DNA from: a virus
DNA length: 64,000 nt
Reading direction: 5' to 3' (one strand)
Virus record (IMG/VR): IMGVR_UViG_3300042691_041392
How positions within the stretch are numbered: the first letter of the stretch is position 1; every line of letters starts with the position of its first letter. A program made the translations under genes and the position numbers. The notes under the pieces were generated by a model. The model was not told the origin of the DNA and did not search any database. It worked only from the letters and a program-made list of their open reading frames with translations. This document shows, piece after piece, positions 22,201 through 32,103 of the stretch.

Positions 22201-25001
22201 ACTTAGTATTGAGAATTGATGGAACAACAAGAACATATCAAACATCATACACAGTACCAGGATTAACACATTCAATATTTTACGAACCTGTAAGAGAGTC
22301 GATTTATGTATATGGTGAGAATTTATACAAAATTGATAATGGAGTTACTTATTCAATAACATCAGTTACAAATAGTTCATTTACTGATATATTATACAAT
22401 AATCTAACAGGTGAGATGAATTTAACAGATCCTAGTAAGAGATTTTTATCATTAGATTTATCAACGGATACATTAACAACAAACATTGATATTGGATCAT
22501 ATGGATATTTAGCATTAAATCAATTTGATGCTAGTCTTTATGTATCATCACAAGTATTAAACTCTATTTTTGTTATAGATCCAATAAATGGACAAGTTAT
22601 ACACAACCAACCAGTTGGAACGAGAACAACTAAAATAATTTATAACCCGGAAAGAAAGTCAGTTTGGGCTATTCAACCATCTATAAACTCTTTAGTGGAA
22701 ATTTTACCAACCGTTTTAAGTGAAATAAACTACTCATCAGAAACGAATGAAGCTTTCACCGAAAATATGTATGGTACTTTAGATCCAAACTATATAAAAA
22801 GAGATAATCTTTGGTTAAAGACAAGAGAGTATGTTAGAAGACCAAGAGAAAAATTCACTGGTCAAACTCCAGTTGTTTACTATTATGAGTGGTTATCTGA
22901 TAACGCACCTGAATTTTTTATGTATGATATATCAGGAGAACAATTAGAAAAAACCGGATCATATGCTTATACAGGACCAAAACCACTTCTTGAAGCTCCT
23001 ATAAATAAAAAACCAAATAGAGATATAACAAAGGTAAATTCACCACAACATCAACAAACTGTTTTTGATAGAGTTGAATATACATTAGAATATATAGATG
23101 ACGAGGTATCAATATCAACAAAACCAAGATCTTTAGAACTATTCTTAGGATATAAATCGGAAGAAGAAGGACCATTAAGATCTGTTTTACAACTATATAA
23201 ACAAGAAGAAATAGAGTTTAGTATAACCAGTACATCAACTAATAATAATGTTGTCACGTTTCAAATGTTAGGAACTGCATCTCAATTTGATACAGATAAA
23301 AGAGCAGTAATAACACTAAACACAGAATCAGGTGAGTATTTCAATGATAAAGAATTATCACCTGGTCAGAGAATTGCTATCTATCTAAAAGATACATCAA
23401 ATACTAAAAATCAGTATATATCTTACAACAATGGTAGTTTATTTAAAATAAGACAAGTTTTTAGTAAGACACTTATATTAGACTTCATAGATATAGAAAA
23501 TGACTTTATAGTAAACGAATCAACAGTTATAAGTGATTATCCTAAGGTGGGTAACACAACATATCTAAAAGCGACTTTTCAAGTTGTTGATAGAGAAATA
23601 GCTAGATTAACAACTTATGCACAAACAGAGATTGAGGATATCCGTTATAAAACTGAACTTTCTAATATAGGTAAAAATATTGGACCAAATGAAATATTTA
23701 TTTTTAAAGACTATGATATATTAGAGGGTGGTATAGATTGGGGATTTTTAAATAGGAAAAGAAAAGAGTTACTTCTAACTAAAAATGTTATATTTCCATA
23801 TATAGGAGCTTATAAATCAATAATAAACGCTATAAATTTCTTTGGTTATAATGAGTTAACATTAAATGAATATTATAGGAATATTGATCAAACATCAGCT
23901 AACTTTTTAAAGTTATTTAAGGTTGAGATTCCAGATATATTTGACAACACAGTAGAAGGTTGGAATGAAAATGATTTTATAAAACATACTCTTCCAAATG
24001 ATAAATATGAATATACAAACTTATTCAATTTAACTTTTTCAATAACAGATAAAGATGGGAATAATGTATTAAACTATAGCTTAGACGAGATAACAATAAA
24101 ACTACAAGGCTTAAAACACTGGTTAAAAAGAAACATAATTCCATTAACACACAAAATCTTAGATATAACAGGTAAAGCATATTTTACAGGTGGTAATCAA
24201 ATTACTCATAAAGTAAACGATATGATTATATTTAACATGAAACAAAATATGACACCAGTTACATTCAAATTAAATGAAGCATATCTAATGCCAGTTAATA
24301 GTGGATCGACTGTCTATAACTGCGTGATTGATTTCTATTCAATAATAGAGGGATTGGGAGCTGATAAAAATCCATTTGGATTATCAGTACCACCAAAACC
24401 TAATAACGAATATATAAACTTACTACAAACTCCTGATTATTTCAATGTGAAAGTCAGAACTTATAAAACTTATAAAGAATGGCAACCATTTACAACATAC
24501 TCTAAAGGAGATAAAGTTATCTATTATGGAAAAATATACGAATCATTTATAGATAATAACAAAGTTTTTAATCCTAGAAAATATGAAGATGTTATATCTT
24601 GGAGCGCAAATGATGAATATGAAGTAGCAACTATAATTGAATATAATAGAGAATATTATTCATATAGTGGTTTAGGATCAACACAATCAACTAACCCACC
24701 ATTAATAGACCAAGGTGATAATGCAAATTGGGTGAATGTAACCGAATGGAAAATGATAGATTTTGAACCTGTACAAGTTTTGGATGAATTTAGAAAAGGT
24801 GATAATTTATTACCATTTAATTTTACGATAGATGCTAATATAGATCCATTTGTTGTTATAGAAGTAACATCTGATAACGGATATGGCGCTGTATATAGAG
24901 ATAAGAAAAATTATGAGATAAGAACTCTTAAAGATTTATCAGATTCGATTAAATACATTGAAACAATAGGACCTTTTAGTCCAATCACACCAATATATTA
25001 A
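19239..25001 (+). CDS. Very large baseplate or structural protein with a beta-propeller region and CBM-like motifs
   Basis: YVTN-like repeats, WQPFTTYSKGDKVIYYGKIY, baseplate-wedge-like IGAYKSIINAINFFGY; late promoter. Confidence 0.6.
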   Translation: MSNHKNLIFFDKEGGSLNFQYNETTDRFEGDILFHQSSSDIYKTYGLYMMERVPSFEYELPGELTLNKFQLFNEYGLHFYGTNGSTQSITAIEPINNDYNFYSKWIYGDNFDNLYPIGTFIVFNSNFLEFTDKKKTYVVVGSKKNAIMILSSVDNATFENDYYSIYSATSSYQDVTIRGINTVGVYNYIDSKFNNNISDWSEPNFYDRYYPGKKLNIVGTEKNDGVITVLQDNLTDAIHFEYSTSEIPDSSKLIIEVISRTDLQIIYQGGLLIDNQSRLYFDDDKEIPKILKPGREFKIEGSVENTNFLRVATIPTFVGNSQMTYYATQSQVIYNNKVYECLIGYTQSFAGSLNFIAPDNSPNWGKQTYIKVDSSTTTEQLPLCQLYLTTDRNYFEYGWTQSTKTTFASAAQKFKDDLKAFNIDLYYKNGYLKADLIYPSKYAIVNFYHTKLGATYSIGNETQTNERLVEVKEKLNYELNYDYSENYKYNVVFTDIDEYGIKLIINKQTYEEEVAWVYSGGSPDMERTIDRTLRAWLTRNYVKLYTLGIVAELAYLGSFTSPFYNGIVLKSFYPNVPFDLERVEVGTTANFFIEHSRVLFGSSASFGPYLSIDINNKKYDQETIYATYSATQSTYKPVDIPSTLSEWVDTHSENLLEMGIIVTNINNLLKFDLNRLDRIFQYSISTGKVEIPGSEDYTITKKMKGNRGSLISSNEIALPSTATASFEELGFATGMVVAVHNTNFPYNNQEYNIEFLDPQVMNLSYQGPFWGLTSSICNSSAYVTLAFDLGFGATACYIPGVTGSGGPFNSSQFDQVMFGLSYNPTTYDSNSLLLGTDLGATNLVDLKYIQLSNYVYLFGDNVIVMDAYLYMHVKTITLSGNANPIKMDFNTYNNYLYCLSQNKIWIIDPLLNSIVKSITLTYNAKDMAINPYNGDIYITYSNSATIDIYDYLNTFVKTITTPSTLDTMTGKMVFNDFEKDMYVTTDANLVLRIDGTTRTYQTSYTVPGLTHSIFYEPVRESIYVYGENLYKIDNGVTYSITSVTNSSFTDILYNNLTGEMNLTDPSKRFLSLDLSTDTLTTNIDIGSYGYLALNQFDASLYVSSQVLNSIFVIDPINGQVIHNQPVGTRTTKIIYNPERKSVWAIQPSINSLVEILPTVLSEINYSSETNEAFTENMYGTLDPNYIKRDNLWLKTREYVRRPREKFTGQTPVVYYYEWLSDNAPEFFMYDISGEQLEKTGSYAYTGPKPLLEAPINKKPNRDITKVNSPQHQQTVFDRVEYTLEYIDDEVSISTKPRSLELFLGYKSEEEGPLRSVLQLYKQEEIEFSITSTSTNNNVVTFQMLGTASQFDTDKRAVITLNTESGEYFNDKELSPGQRIAIYLKDTSNTKNQYISYNNGSLFKIRQVFSKTLILDFIDIENDFIVNESTVISDYPKVGNTTYLKATFQVVDREIARLTTYAQTEIEDIRYKTELSNIGKNIGPNEIFIFKDYDILEGGIDWGFLNRKRKELLLTKNVIFPYIGAYKSIINAINFFGYNELTLNEYYRNIDQTSANFLKLFKVEIPDIFDNTVEGWNENDFIKHTLPNDKYEYTNLFNLTFSITDKDGNNVLNYSLDEITIKLQGLKHWLKRNIIPLTHKILDITGKAYFTGGNQITHKVNDMIIFNMKQNMTPVTFKLNEAYLMPVNSGSTVYNCVIDFYSIIEGLGADKNPFGLSVPPKPNNEYINLLQTPDYFNVKVRTYKTYKEWQPFTTYSKGDKVIYYGKIYESFIDNNKVFNPRKYEDVISWSANDEYEVATIIEYNREYYSYSGLGSTQSTNPPLIDQGDNANWVNVTEWKMIDFEPVQVLDEFRKGDNLLPFNFTIDANIDPFVVIEVTSDNGYGAVYRDKKNYEIRTLKDLSDSIKYIETIGPFSPITPIY

Positions 25002-25006
25002 AAACA

Positions 25007-25037
25007 AAAAAACCTCTTAAAATTAAGAGGTTTTTTT
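25007..25037. terminator. Bidirectional terminator
   Basis: AAAAAACCTCTTAA-aa-TTAAGAGGTTTTTT inverted repeat. Confidence 0.85.
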
Positions 25038-25052
25038 ATTTTTGTGATTTTC

Positions 25053-25706
25053 TTATTCAGAAATTTCTTCACTAGAAGTTTCGTTAACTCTATTTTCAAA
25101 AGAAACACCTTCTTCAAAAGTAGTTACCCAATTTTGGATATCAGTTGATAAATTTTTACCATAAGTATCATAATAGTTAAATACTTTAGAAATAGATCCA
25201 ATTCTTTTTAAAACTTCAGCAAACATATAAGCTTCTTTAGTAAGACCTTTAACTTTATGTTTAGCAATTAAGTGATAGATATAAGTAATCTCAGTAGCAT
25301 TAACTGGAAAAGCAACTAATTGATTATCATCAGCAAATTTAGCATCTCTCATAGAACCTAAAAGTTCTGTTAATTCAATTGCAAAGAATACAGTATTTAC
25401 ATCATATTCTAATTTAGAAAGAACTAAATCAGTAACGAATTTCCACTGTGGTCTATTTAAATGGAAGTTATATTTAGCATCTCTTAAAGAGTTAGCATAA
25501 GCCATCCATAATTCTTGAGCTCCTTTATAAAGTGAGTCTTTTTCATCTTCAGTTAAACCAGAACCGTTATTATTAGAAATAAAACTTTCAATGTTCTGAA
25601 TTTTTGAATCTAATTCAGCCTCATAAAAAGGAGTGATTAATAAGTTTTCTGTTTCATTTTCAAAAAATGAAATTTCAGGTTTTACAACATTAGTTTCGAT
25701 ATTCAT
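25053..25706 (-). CDS. Hypothetical protein
   Basis: 217-aa ORF. Confidence 0.65.
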   Translation of the reverse strand: MNIETNVVKPEISFFENETENLLITPFYEAELDSKIQNIESFISNNNGSGLTEDEKDSLYKGAQELWMAYANSLRDAKYNFHLNRPQWKFVTDLVLSKLEYDVNTVFFAIELTELLGSMRDAKFADDNQLVAFPVNATEITYIYHLIAKHKVKGLTKEAYMFAEVLKRIGSISKVFNYYDTYGKNLSTDIQNWVTTFEEGVSFENRVNETSSEEISE

Positions 25707-25739
25707 TGTTTATTTTTATTTTTTTACAGATTATATCTG

Positions 25740-25976
25740 TTAGCTTTTTATATGTGGTTTTGGATATTCAATTATAGCATTTAAGTTTTCTAATTTGTCT
25801 TTAGCCTCTGAATATTTAGTTATCCATTTATCTTGTTCTTCCAACAAATCAGAGTGTTCACCGATAGCGGCTAAATTATTTTCACTTAAATATAATTCTA
25901 AATTAGCTTCAGCTTCAGCCATTTGAGATTCATATCTCAGTTTAAGTGCTTTAATATACTTTTCGTTTCTTCTCAT
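25740..25976 (-). CDS. Small helical protein of a type seen in T4-like phages
   Basis: ANLELYL...IGEHSDL motif. Confidence 0.55.
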   Translation of the reverse strand: MRRNEKYIKALKLRYESQMAEAEANLELYLSENNLAAIGEHSDLLEEQDKWITKYSEAKDKLENLNAIIEYPKPHIKS

Positions 25977-25978
25977 AA

Positions 25979-26425
25979 TTAAATAATAAATTCTTCGTCA
26001 CTTTTAGCATCAGCTTTTTGCTCGTGATATAACTCTTCTACTTTATTTGCTCTTGCAACTTTTTCAACACCGTATTTATTAACAATAGATGAAAATGTAT
26101 TTAAATCAGTACCAACTAATTTAATTTTACCACTTTCGAAATTGATATTGATTTTATCAATCTCTTGTTCAATTAAGATAGTAATTGATTCGTCATCAAA
26201 AACATTTAATAGATCTTCATTAATAGAAATCAATAACTCTTTTCCTAAAGAAAAAGCATACTGATCTGGAATTTTTGAAACTTTGATTAATTGTTTTTGT
26301 TTTGAATTTCCTTGAAAAAGAAATCTAACATTCACAGGAAATGATTTCTTATTAAAGATTTCTAAGAATAATTCTTCAGTTGAAGAATCTACTTCATAAT
26401 AGGTTTCCTTAACTTCTTTTGCCAT
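25979..26425 (-). CDS. Phage metallopeptidase-like fold, apparently degenerate
   Basis: ILIEQEIDKI...KLVGTDLNTFSSIVNKYG aligns by eye with xLIxHELxHI...HDxxxF..IV.RYG. Confidence 0.4.
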   Translation of the reverse strand: MAKEVKETYYEVDSSTEELFLEIFNKKSFPVNVRFLFQGNSKQKQLIKVSKIPDQYAFSLGKELLISINEDLLNVFDDESITILIEQEIDKININFESGKIKLVGTDLNTFSSIVNKYGVEKVARANKVEELYHEQKADAKSDEEFII

Positions 26426-26473
26426 ATTTTAAAATTTTATGTTTTTATTTATAAAAATAAAATATGTAAAAGT

Positions 26474-26908
26474 TTAAGAAAAAATGATTATTAAAGAGAT
26501 AATTAAAGAAAATAATAGAGATATAGGTAAAACTCTAAAATATAAAGTATCATACCATTCATTTGATCTAAAAAATTTATAACCAATAACTATTTTCCAA
26601 GCTAACTTTTCTTCTTTTCTCAACTCATAGAAGTCATAAATCTCACTCAATCCAATAGAGTTTAAATAGTTAGATAACTCAGAGGTGTATTCTCTAATCA
26701 AAGGTTCGGAAATCCTATCAATATCAGATTTTCTAAGTGTGAAGGCTTCCCCAATCAATTCCTCTGGAATATTTAAAATAGTGTATAATCTATAAGCTCT
26801 ATCAACTCTAACACCAAATTTTTGTTCTAATTCATTTCTATTCTCTTTAATAGCCTTTTTGAAGGCTCTAAATAATTGATAGCGTTTAAAAAATGATATC
26901 TTTTTCAT
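26474..26908 (-). CDS. Protein with a C-terminal transmembrane helix
   Basis: VLPISLLFSLIISLIIIFS. Confidence 0.6.
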   Translation of the reverse strand: MKKISFFKRYQLFRAFKKAIKENRNELEQKFGVRVDRAYRLYTILNIPEELIGEAFTLRKSDIDRISEPLIREYTSELSNYLNSIGLSEIYDFYELRKEEKLAWKIVIGYKFFRSNEWYDTLYFRVLPISLLFSLIISLIIIFS

Positions 26909-26939
26909 GTTTTTTATATCTTATAATATTTAAAAGTTT

Positions 26940-29900
26940 TTATTCTTTCTCTTTTTTCTTACCTTTAGAAGAAAGTGATCTTTTTAGAACATTATCTAAA
27001 GTAGATCCATCACCAACAGTTTTGATAAGACCAGCCATTAACTCAATAAGTATATCCATTTGTCTGTTCAAATCACCATGTTTACCCTTTTTCTCTTTTG
27101 ACTTATCAACACTTTTACCTGCTCCAACCTGAGGTCTTCTTGAAGACTCAACACCTTTAACACCAGATTGCTCTTTCAATAATTTAGAAAATACACTAGA
27201 TCTTGATTCAAGAACTTGTAACATGTTATCAAACATACTACTATTTAAAGCTGATAAAACAGCAACATTAGCGGTTAGGTTATTAAACTCTTTTAACTTT
27301 TTAGAATCTAATGTCTTCATAGCACCGCCTAACTTTTTAATAGAAACAGATAATTTATCATAAGCTTTAGCCAATTTAACCATACCATTTGCTACATTAG
27401 ATATAGGATCACCAAACACAGCATTTTTAATTAGTCCACCAAGTGATTGTTCTTTACTTAACTTTCTTGATAAAGCAGCATAATATAATATATTAGAAGA
27501 AACACTCTTCATATAATTAGGATTTATAGTATCCTTCATATATTTAGAAGATGATGATATAATTCTCGCAGTAATAGCCATTTGATGAGCAATTCTATTA
27601 ATATTTGATAAATCAACAGCTCTCTTAGTTTTATATTCAAAACTACCCAATACTCCATTTCCAATAGATTTCTTTTCATCAATTGTTAAAATTGCATCTA
27701 ATTGTCTTGATAACAAAGCGTATGATAAAATATTAGAAGCAACATTTTTCATAAAATTAGCAGGTATAACTGCTGAGAAATTAGATTTGTTATTTTTGAT
27801 AATTTTCGCAGTAATAGCCATTTCAATAACTAAATCTCTAATATTATCTTCTGCGAAGAAATCAAGCTTATTAGAAATATAATTTGATAAATTAACAAAA
27901 CCAACAATATTTTTGGCAACTCCTTCAGACCAAGATAATGGTGGGTATTTCCAAGAAGCAGAATTAGCAAATAATCCAGCCAATTTGACCATACCTTTAC
28001 CAATCTTCATCATATTCTTAATAACATCATCAAAACTACTCATGAATCCATCATATTTAGATATAATATCAAAAGCAGGATCCATATGTTTGAATAAATT
28101 TGATATACCCATAGCCCATTTAATATCAGGATATTTATTCCAAGCACCTTTAGTAAGAATATGAGAAACATCAACTATTGTTTGTGCAACTTTCTTAATC
28201 ATTTTAAGACCACTACCGAAGAAAGGATTTAATACATTAAAACCTAATAGAACCGCACCAAGACCAAATCCAGCTAATGCAAGTCCAACACCACCAGACC
28301 AAGCAACAGTTGGATATTTTTTATAATTTCCTTTATTTAAAATATGTGAAGCAGTCACTATTGTACCAGCAACTAGTAATATTTCACCTAATCCAGCATA
28401 GAAGAATGGATTCAATACCTGAGTTCCCAATAAAACCGCACCAGCTCCAAAAGCTCCCAAAGCCAGTCCAACACCAGCACCCCAAGCAACAGTTGGATAT
28501 TTTTTATAATTACCCAACGCTAAAAGATGTGAAGCAGCAACCACAACACCAGCAACCAATAAAACAGCACCAAGACCACCATAGAAAAATGGATTCAATA
28601 CTTGAGTTCCCAATAAAACCGCGCCAGCTCCAAATATAGCTAATGAGAGACCAACACCAATAGCCCACTTAACACTTGGATACTTTGTATATTTACCAAG
28701 ATTTAATATATGTGAAGTCGCCATAATTGTAGCAGCGACAACTAAAATAGCAACCGCTCCTTTTATATAAGTTGTAACACTACCAATTTTCATAAGAGCC
28801 CATGAAACACCACCAAAAATAACAAGTGATAATCCAACCGATAAAGACCACTTCCAACCAGGATATTTTTTATATGTACCCTTATCTATAAGTAAAGAAG
28901 CCAACATAATAGTTGCTGCTAATATTGATATTGATATACCAGCTTTAGCATACATTTTAACATCACCTATTTTAGTAACTAATAAGGCTGTTAACGCAAC
29001 CACTATAACCGCAATACATAAAACAACAGAAAAAGCTAGTATCTCAAGAGATCTACCAAATGTTATTTCAGCAGAAGCTGATAATATCCAAGATGATAAC
29101 ATTATAGCTAAAGATAAAGCGACAAACATCGCTGGAATTTTAACTATATCTTTTAAACCAATTTTTCCAAAAACATTAGCTTTTGCTAAAACTAATAAAG
29201 TAACACTAAATGCTATAAATAAAATTGAAATTGCAAGTGATGTTAAAAATTGAGCTAGACTAATAGGGTTGACCAGTGCTAATACCCAAGATGAAGCAGC
29301 GATAGCTAAAGCCATTGCTGGCAAAAGAAGAGGTAACAACATAGCTGATTTGGCAATATCAGCACCCTTTATTTTAGATAAAGCAGTCAACATAGTACCA
29401 ATACCCCAAGATACAACAGCAAACATACCAGCTATTAAAATAGCGGTTATTGCTTTTCCTAAAGTTATAGGTTTAATCAATTGCAAAACATATGATGATA
29501 AAGTAATACCAACTGCAATAGCTAACATTACAATAGGTAAGAATACAGCAATCTTTGATAATTTACTCATATCCATGGATTTAGTCTTAAAGCCATTCTT
29601 ACCCTTAACCTCATTTTCCTCAGTCAACGCTTGTATTAATCCTTTAATACCCATAGCAGCAATAGCAAACATACCAGATATAGCAATAGCTGTTATAATC
29701 TGGCCAAGACCCATTGGTTTAACTTTAGATAATATCCAAGATGAAGCAGTGATACCCAGAGCCATAGCAACCATTAAAATAGGTAGAGCGACAATTGTTG
29801 CTTTAAGTCTTCCGAAATCAAACTTAGAAGTTTTAATTTTCTTACCACCAGGTAATGTTACTTCTTTTGTATTCATCATCGCATCCATCATAGATGTTAT

Positions 29901-30515
29901 AACAGGTGCTATAAAATAAAATGCAGTAGCAACACCAATTGATGTTACAATCTGACCAATACTCATCGGAGAAACTCTTGCTAAAAATTTAGATGCCAAC
30001 CAAATACCCATACCCATTAAAGGCATAACAGATGATATCATAAATACTTTTCTATAACTTAAATCTTTTAGCCTACCAATCTTATCAAATGCGACAGAAA
30101 CAGCATAAATACCAATACCTAATGCAATAACAGAGAAAAAGTCAACTTTACCAACTAATTTAAATGCCAATCCTATCGCTAAAACACCAGCAGCGATTAA
30201 TAAAATAGAAGTTACACCTTTTTTAATAGAACCTTGTTTTTTATCATCATCACCATCAAAAGCATCCATCTTTTTATCAGCTTGCTTCTTTTTAGATAAC
30301 TCTAAAATAGTTTTTTGTTGTTTTAATATCTTTTCAGTATCCTTTTTAATAGATTTAATACCAACATTAATTTCATTAATTGTTTTAGAAAAATTACCAG
30401 ACTGCAAAGCAGCAGTTGTATCGGATTTTGATCCTTTCTTATCTTTAAGAGCATCAGATATTTCTTCTAAGGCGAATGATAAATTATTCAGTGCGTCTAA
30501 TAAACGTTGATCCAT
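26940..30515 (-). CDS. Tape measure protein
   Basis: 1191 aa, Ala/Gly/hydrophobic helical repeats, 61-aa repeat YKKYPTVAW...ILNKGN. Confidence 0.7.
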   Translation of the reverse strand: MDQRLLDALNNLSFALEEISDALKDKKGSKSDTTAALQSGNFSKTINEINVGIKSIKKDTEKILKQQKTILELSKKKQADKKMDAFDGDDDKKQGSIKKGVTSILLIAAGVLAIGLAFKLVGKVDFFSVIALGIGIYAVSVAFDKIGRLKDLSYRKVFMISSVMPLMGMGIWLASKFLARVSPMSIGQIVTSIGVATAFYFIAPVITSMMDAMMNTKEVTLPGGKKIKTSKFDFGRLKATIVALPILMVAMALGITASSWILSKVKPMGLGQIITAIAISGMFAIAAMGIKGLIQALTEENEVKGKNGFKTKSMDMSKLSKIAVFLPIVMLAIAVGITLSSYVLQLIKPITLGKAITAILIAGMFAVVSWGIGTMLTALSKIKGADIAKSAMLLPLLLPAMALAIAASSWVLALVNPISLAQFLTSLAISILFIAFSVTLLVLAKANVFGKIGLKDIVKIPAMFVALSLAIMLSSWILSASAEITFGRSLEILAFSVVLCIAVIVVALTALLVTKIGDVKMYAKAGISISILAATIMLASLLIDKGTYKKYPGWKWSLSVGLSLVIFGGVSWALMKIGSVTTYIKGAVAILVVAATIMATSHILNLGKYTKYPSVKWAIGVGLSLAIFGAGAVLLGTQVLNPFFYGGLGAVLLVAGVVVAASHLLALGNYKKYPTVAWGAGVGLALGAFGAGAVLLGTQVLNPFFYAGLGEILLVAGTIVTASHILNKGNYKKYPTVAWSGGVGLALAGFGLGAVLLGFNVLNPFFGSGLKMIKKVAQTIVDVSHILTKGAWNKYPDIKWAMGISNLFKHMDPAFDIISKYDGFMSSFDDVIKNMMKIGKGMVKLAGLFANSASWKYPPLSWSEGVAKNIVGFVNLSNYISNKLDFFAEDNIRDLVIEMAITAKIIKNNKSNFSAVIPANFMKNVASNILSYALLSRQLDAILTIDEKKSIGNGVLGSFEYKTKRAVDLSNINRIAHQMAITARIISSSSKYMKDTINPNYMKSVSSNILYYAALSRKLSKEQSLGGLIKNAVFGDPISNVANGMVKLAKAYDKLSVSIKKLGGAMKTLDSKKLKEFNNLTANVAVLSALNSSMFDNMLQVLESRSSVFSKLLKEQSGVKGVESSRRPQVGAGKSVDKSKEKKGKHGDLNRQMDILIELMAGLIKTVGDGSTLDNVLKRSLSSKGKKKEKE
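28220..28690 (-). repeat. About 183-nt tandem repeat units inside the tape measure gene
   Basis: GTTGGATATTTTTTATAATT recurs at about 28308 and 28491; GGATTCAATAC also recurs. Confidence 0.7.
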
Positions 30516-31273
30516 GACATATTATCTCTTTTTATAACCCTATTAACAAAAGAACAAAGTGGTTGTAAATTTGTATAATGATTTAATTTAATAACATCCT
30601 CTTCCGTCTCAGCACTTGAGATTGGTATAATATGATCAATATCCCATCCATAATTTAATTCACCATTATACAATCCCTTGTTATCCCAAGTCATCCAATC
30701 TTCAAATTTAGATTCTAAGTAAGTCTTGAACTCTTCAAAAGAACATCCTAATATCTCATTTGTTTTTGATTTTTTAGAATACCCTCTTTTTTTAATAGAT
30801 ATACTCACTAAACTTCTAATTCTATACGAAAGATGATAAACTTCATCTTTCTTAATCCTATTATGATAATAATTGATAGCTCTACTATTTATCATATCTC
30901 TATTATCAGATTTATATTTTTTTATTTTCTCTTTATTATTCTCTCGATATATTCGTTTGGAAATAGAGATTTCCTCTTTATTCAATAAATTATACTCTCT
31001 ATTATATTTTTTTATTTTTTCACTATTTTCAATTTTATAAATATTCATATATTCACTTCTATTAGTTTTATAATTAATATTATTGCAAATACTTTTATAA
31101 TATTCATTACTAGACTCACATATACTTTCTTTATTTTTAATATAAAAGTTTCTACTATAATCTTTTTGACACTCTTTACAAGAATTCCTATAACCATCTT
31201 TTTTTGATTTATCCTTATTGAAAAAGTTCAAAGGCTTCTTAGTATCGCACTTTTTACATAACTTTTGATCCAT
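30497..31273 (-). mobile_element. HNH homing endonuclease
   Basis: N-terminal CKKC..CKEC, C-terminal WDIDHIIP...LNHYTNLQPL. Confidence 0.8.
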
Positions 31274-31335
31274 TATTTTATATAAATTTTACTTATACTA
31301 TATATAAAATTAAAACTCGTCTTTAATATATAATA

Positions 31336-31806
31336 ATGGAGGCAAAGAATATGAAAATTAAAAAACTGATTAAGTATTACTTATTAGGTGAGTCTATTAA
31401 AGAAATAGAACTTAATAGGATTTTGGATAAAATCAATAGTAAAAAAAAACTATCTGATAAAGAGATTAGTTTCCTAAATCTATACCAAGATACGAGAGAG
31501 GAAGACATGAAAGACTTTATGTTTCTTTCTAAAAATTCAACATATAGTAGAATAAAAGATCTCTTAGATAAAAATAAAAAAGTAATCTGTGATCTACATG
31601 ATAGAGATGGTAAAATTGGTCTTAGAATTATAAACGTAGAAAATGATTTTGAAGATGATGAGTGTGTTTTATTTCTAAAAGGTGATGAAACATTTACATT
31701 AGAAGATAAATATCTTTATAATTTAATATATAACACTAAGAAGGATGAATATTCTTTACAAGAACAAGATGAATATTTTGAAAAAATAGAAGATGATAAT
31801 GATTAA
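31336..31806 (+). CDS. Hypothetical protein with ILDKI motif
   Basis: ELNRILDKINSKKKLSDKEISFL. Confidence 0.6.
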   Translation: MEAKNMKIKKLIKYYLLGESIKEIELNRILDKINSKKKLSDKEISFLNLYQDTREEDMKDFMFLSKNSTYSRIKDLLDKNKKVICDLHDRDGKIGLRIINVENDFEDDECVLFLKGDETFTLEDKYLYNLIYNTKKDEYSLQEQDEYFEKIEDDND

Positions 31807-32068
31807 AAGATTTAAAGAATTTATTAAAGAAGAAGTGTCAGGAACAGAATTAGTTGGACCGGTTGGACCAGCTTATGGAGAAACCAGACTACAAAATAAA
31901 ACAATATCATCAAGTGATACAAATGTAATTTTTTGTGATTTAGATAGTAAATTCTACACAGAGGATGACTATAATGAACTATATAATAATTATCTAAAGG
32001 ATGGTGGAAAACCAATACCAAATCCTTCTTTTTCATTAAAAAATATAGAAAGAATATTATCAAAATAA
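31799..32068 (+). CDS. Small protein with capsid-targeting-like tag
   Basis: MIKRFKEFIKEE. Confidence 0.65.
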   Translation: MIKRFKEFIKEEVSGTELVGPVGPAYGETRLQNKTISSSDTNVIFCDLDSKFYTEDDYNELYNNYLKDGGKPIPNPSFSLKNIERILSK

Positions 32069-32099
32069 AAAAAATCCTCTATTTTCATAGAGGATTTTT
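32067..32099. terminator. Bidirectional terminator
   Basis: AAAAATCCTCTAT-tttc-ATAGAGGATTTTT. Confidence 0.8.
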
Positions 32100-32103
32100 A
32101 TTT

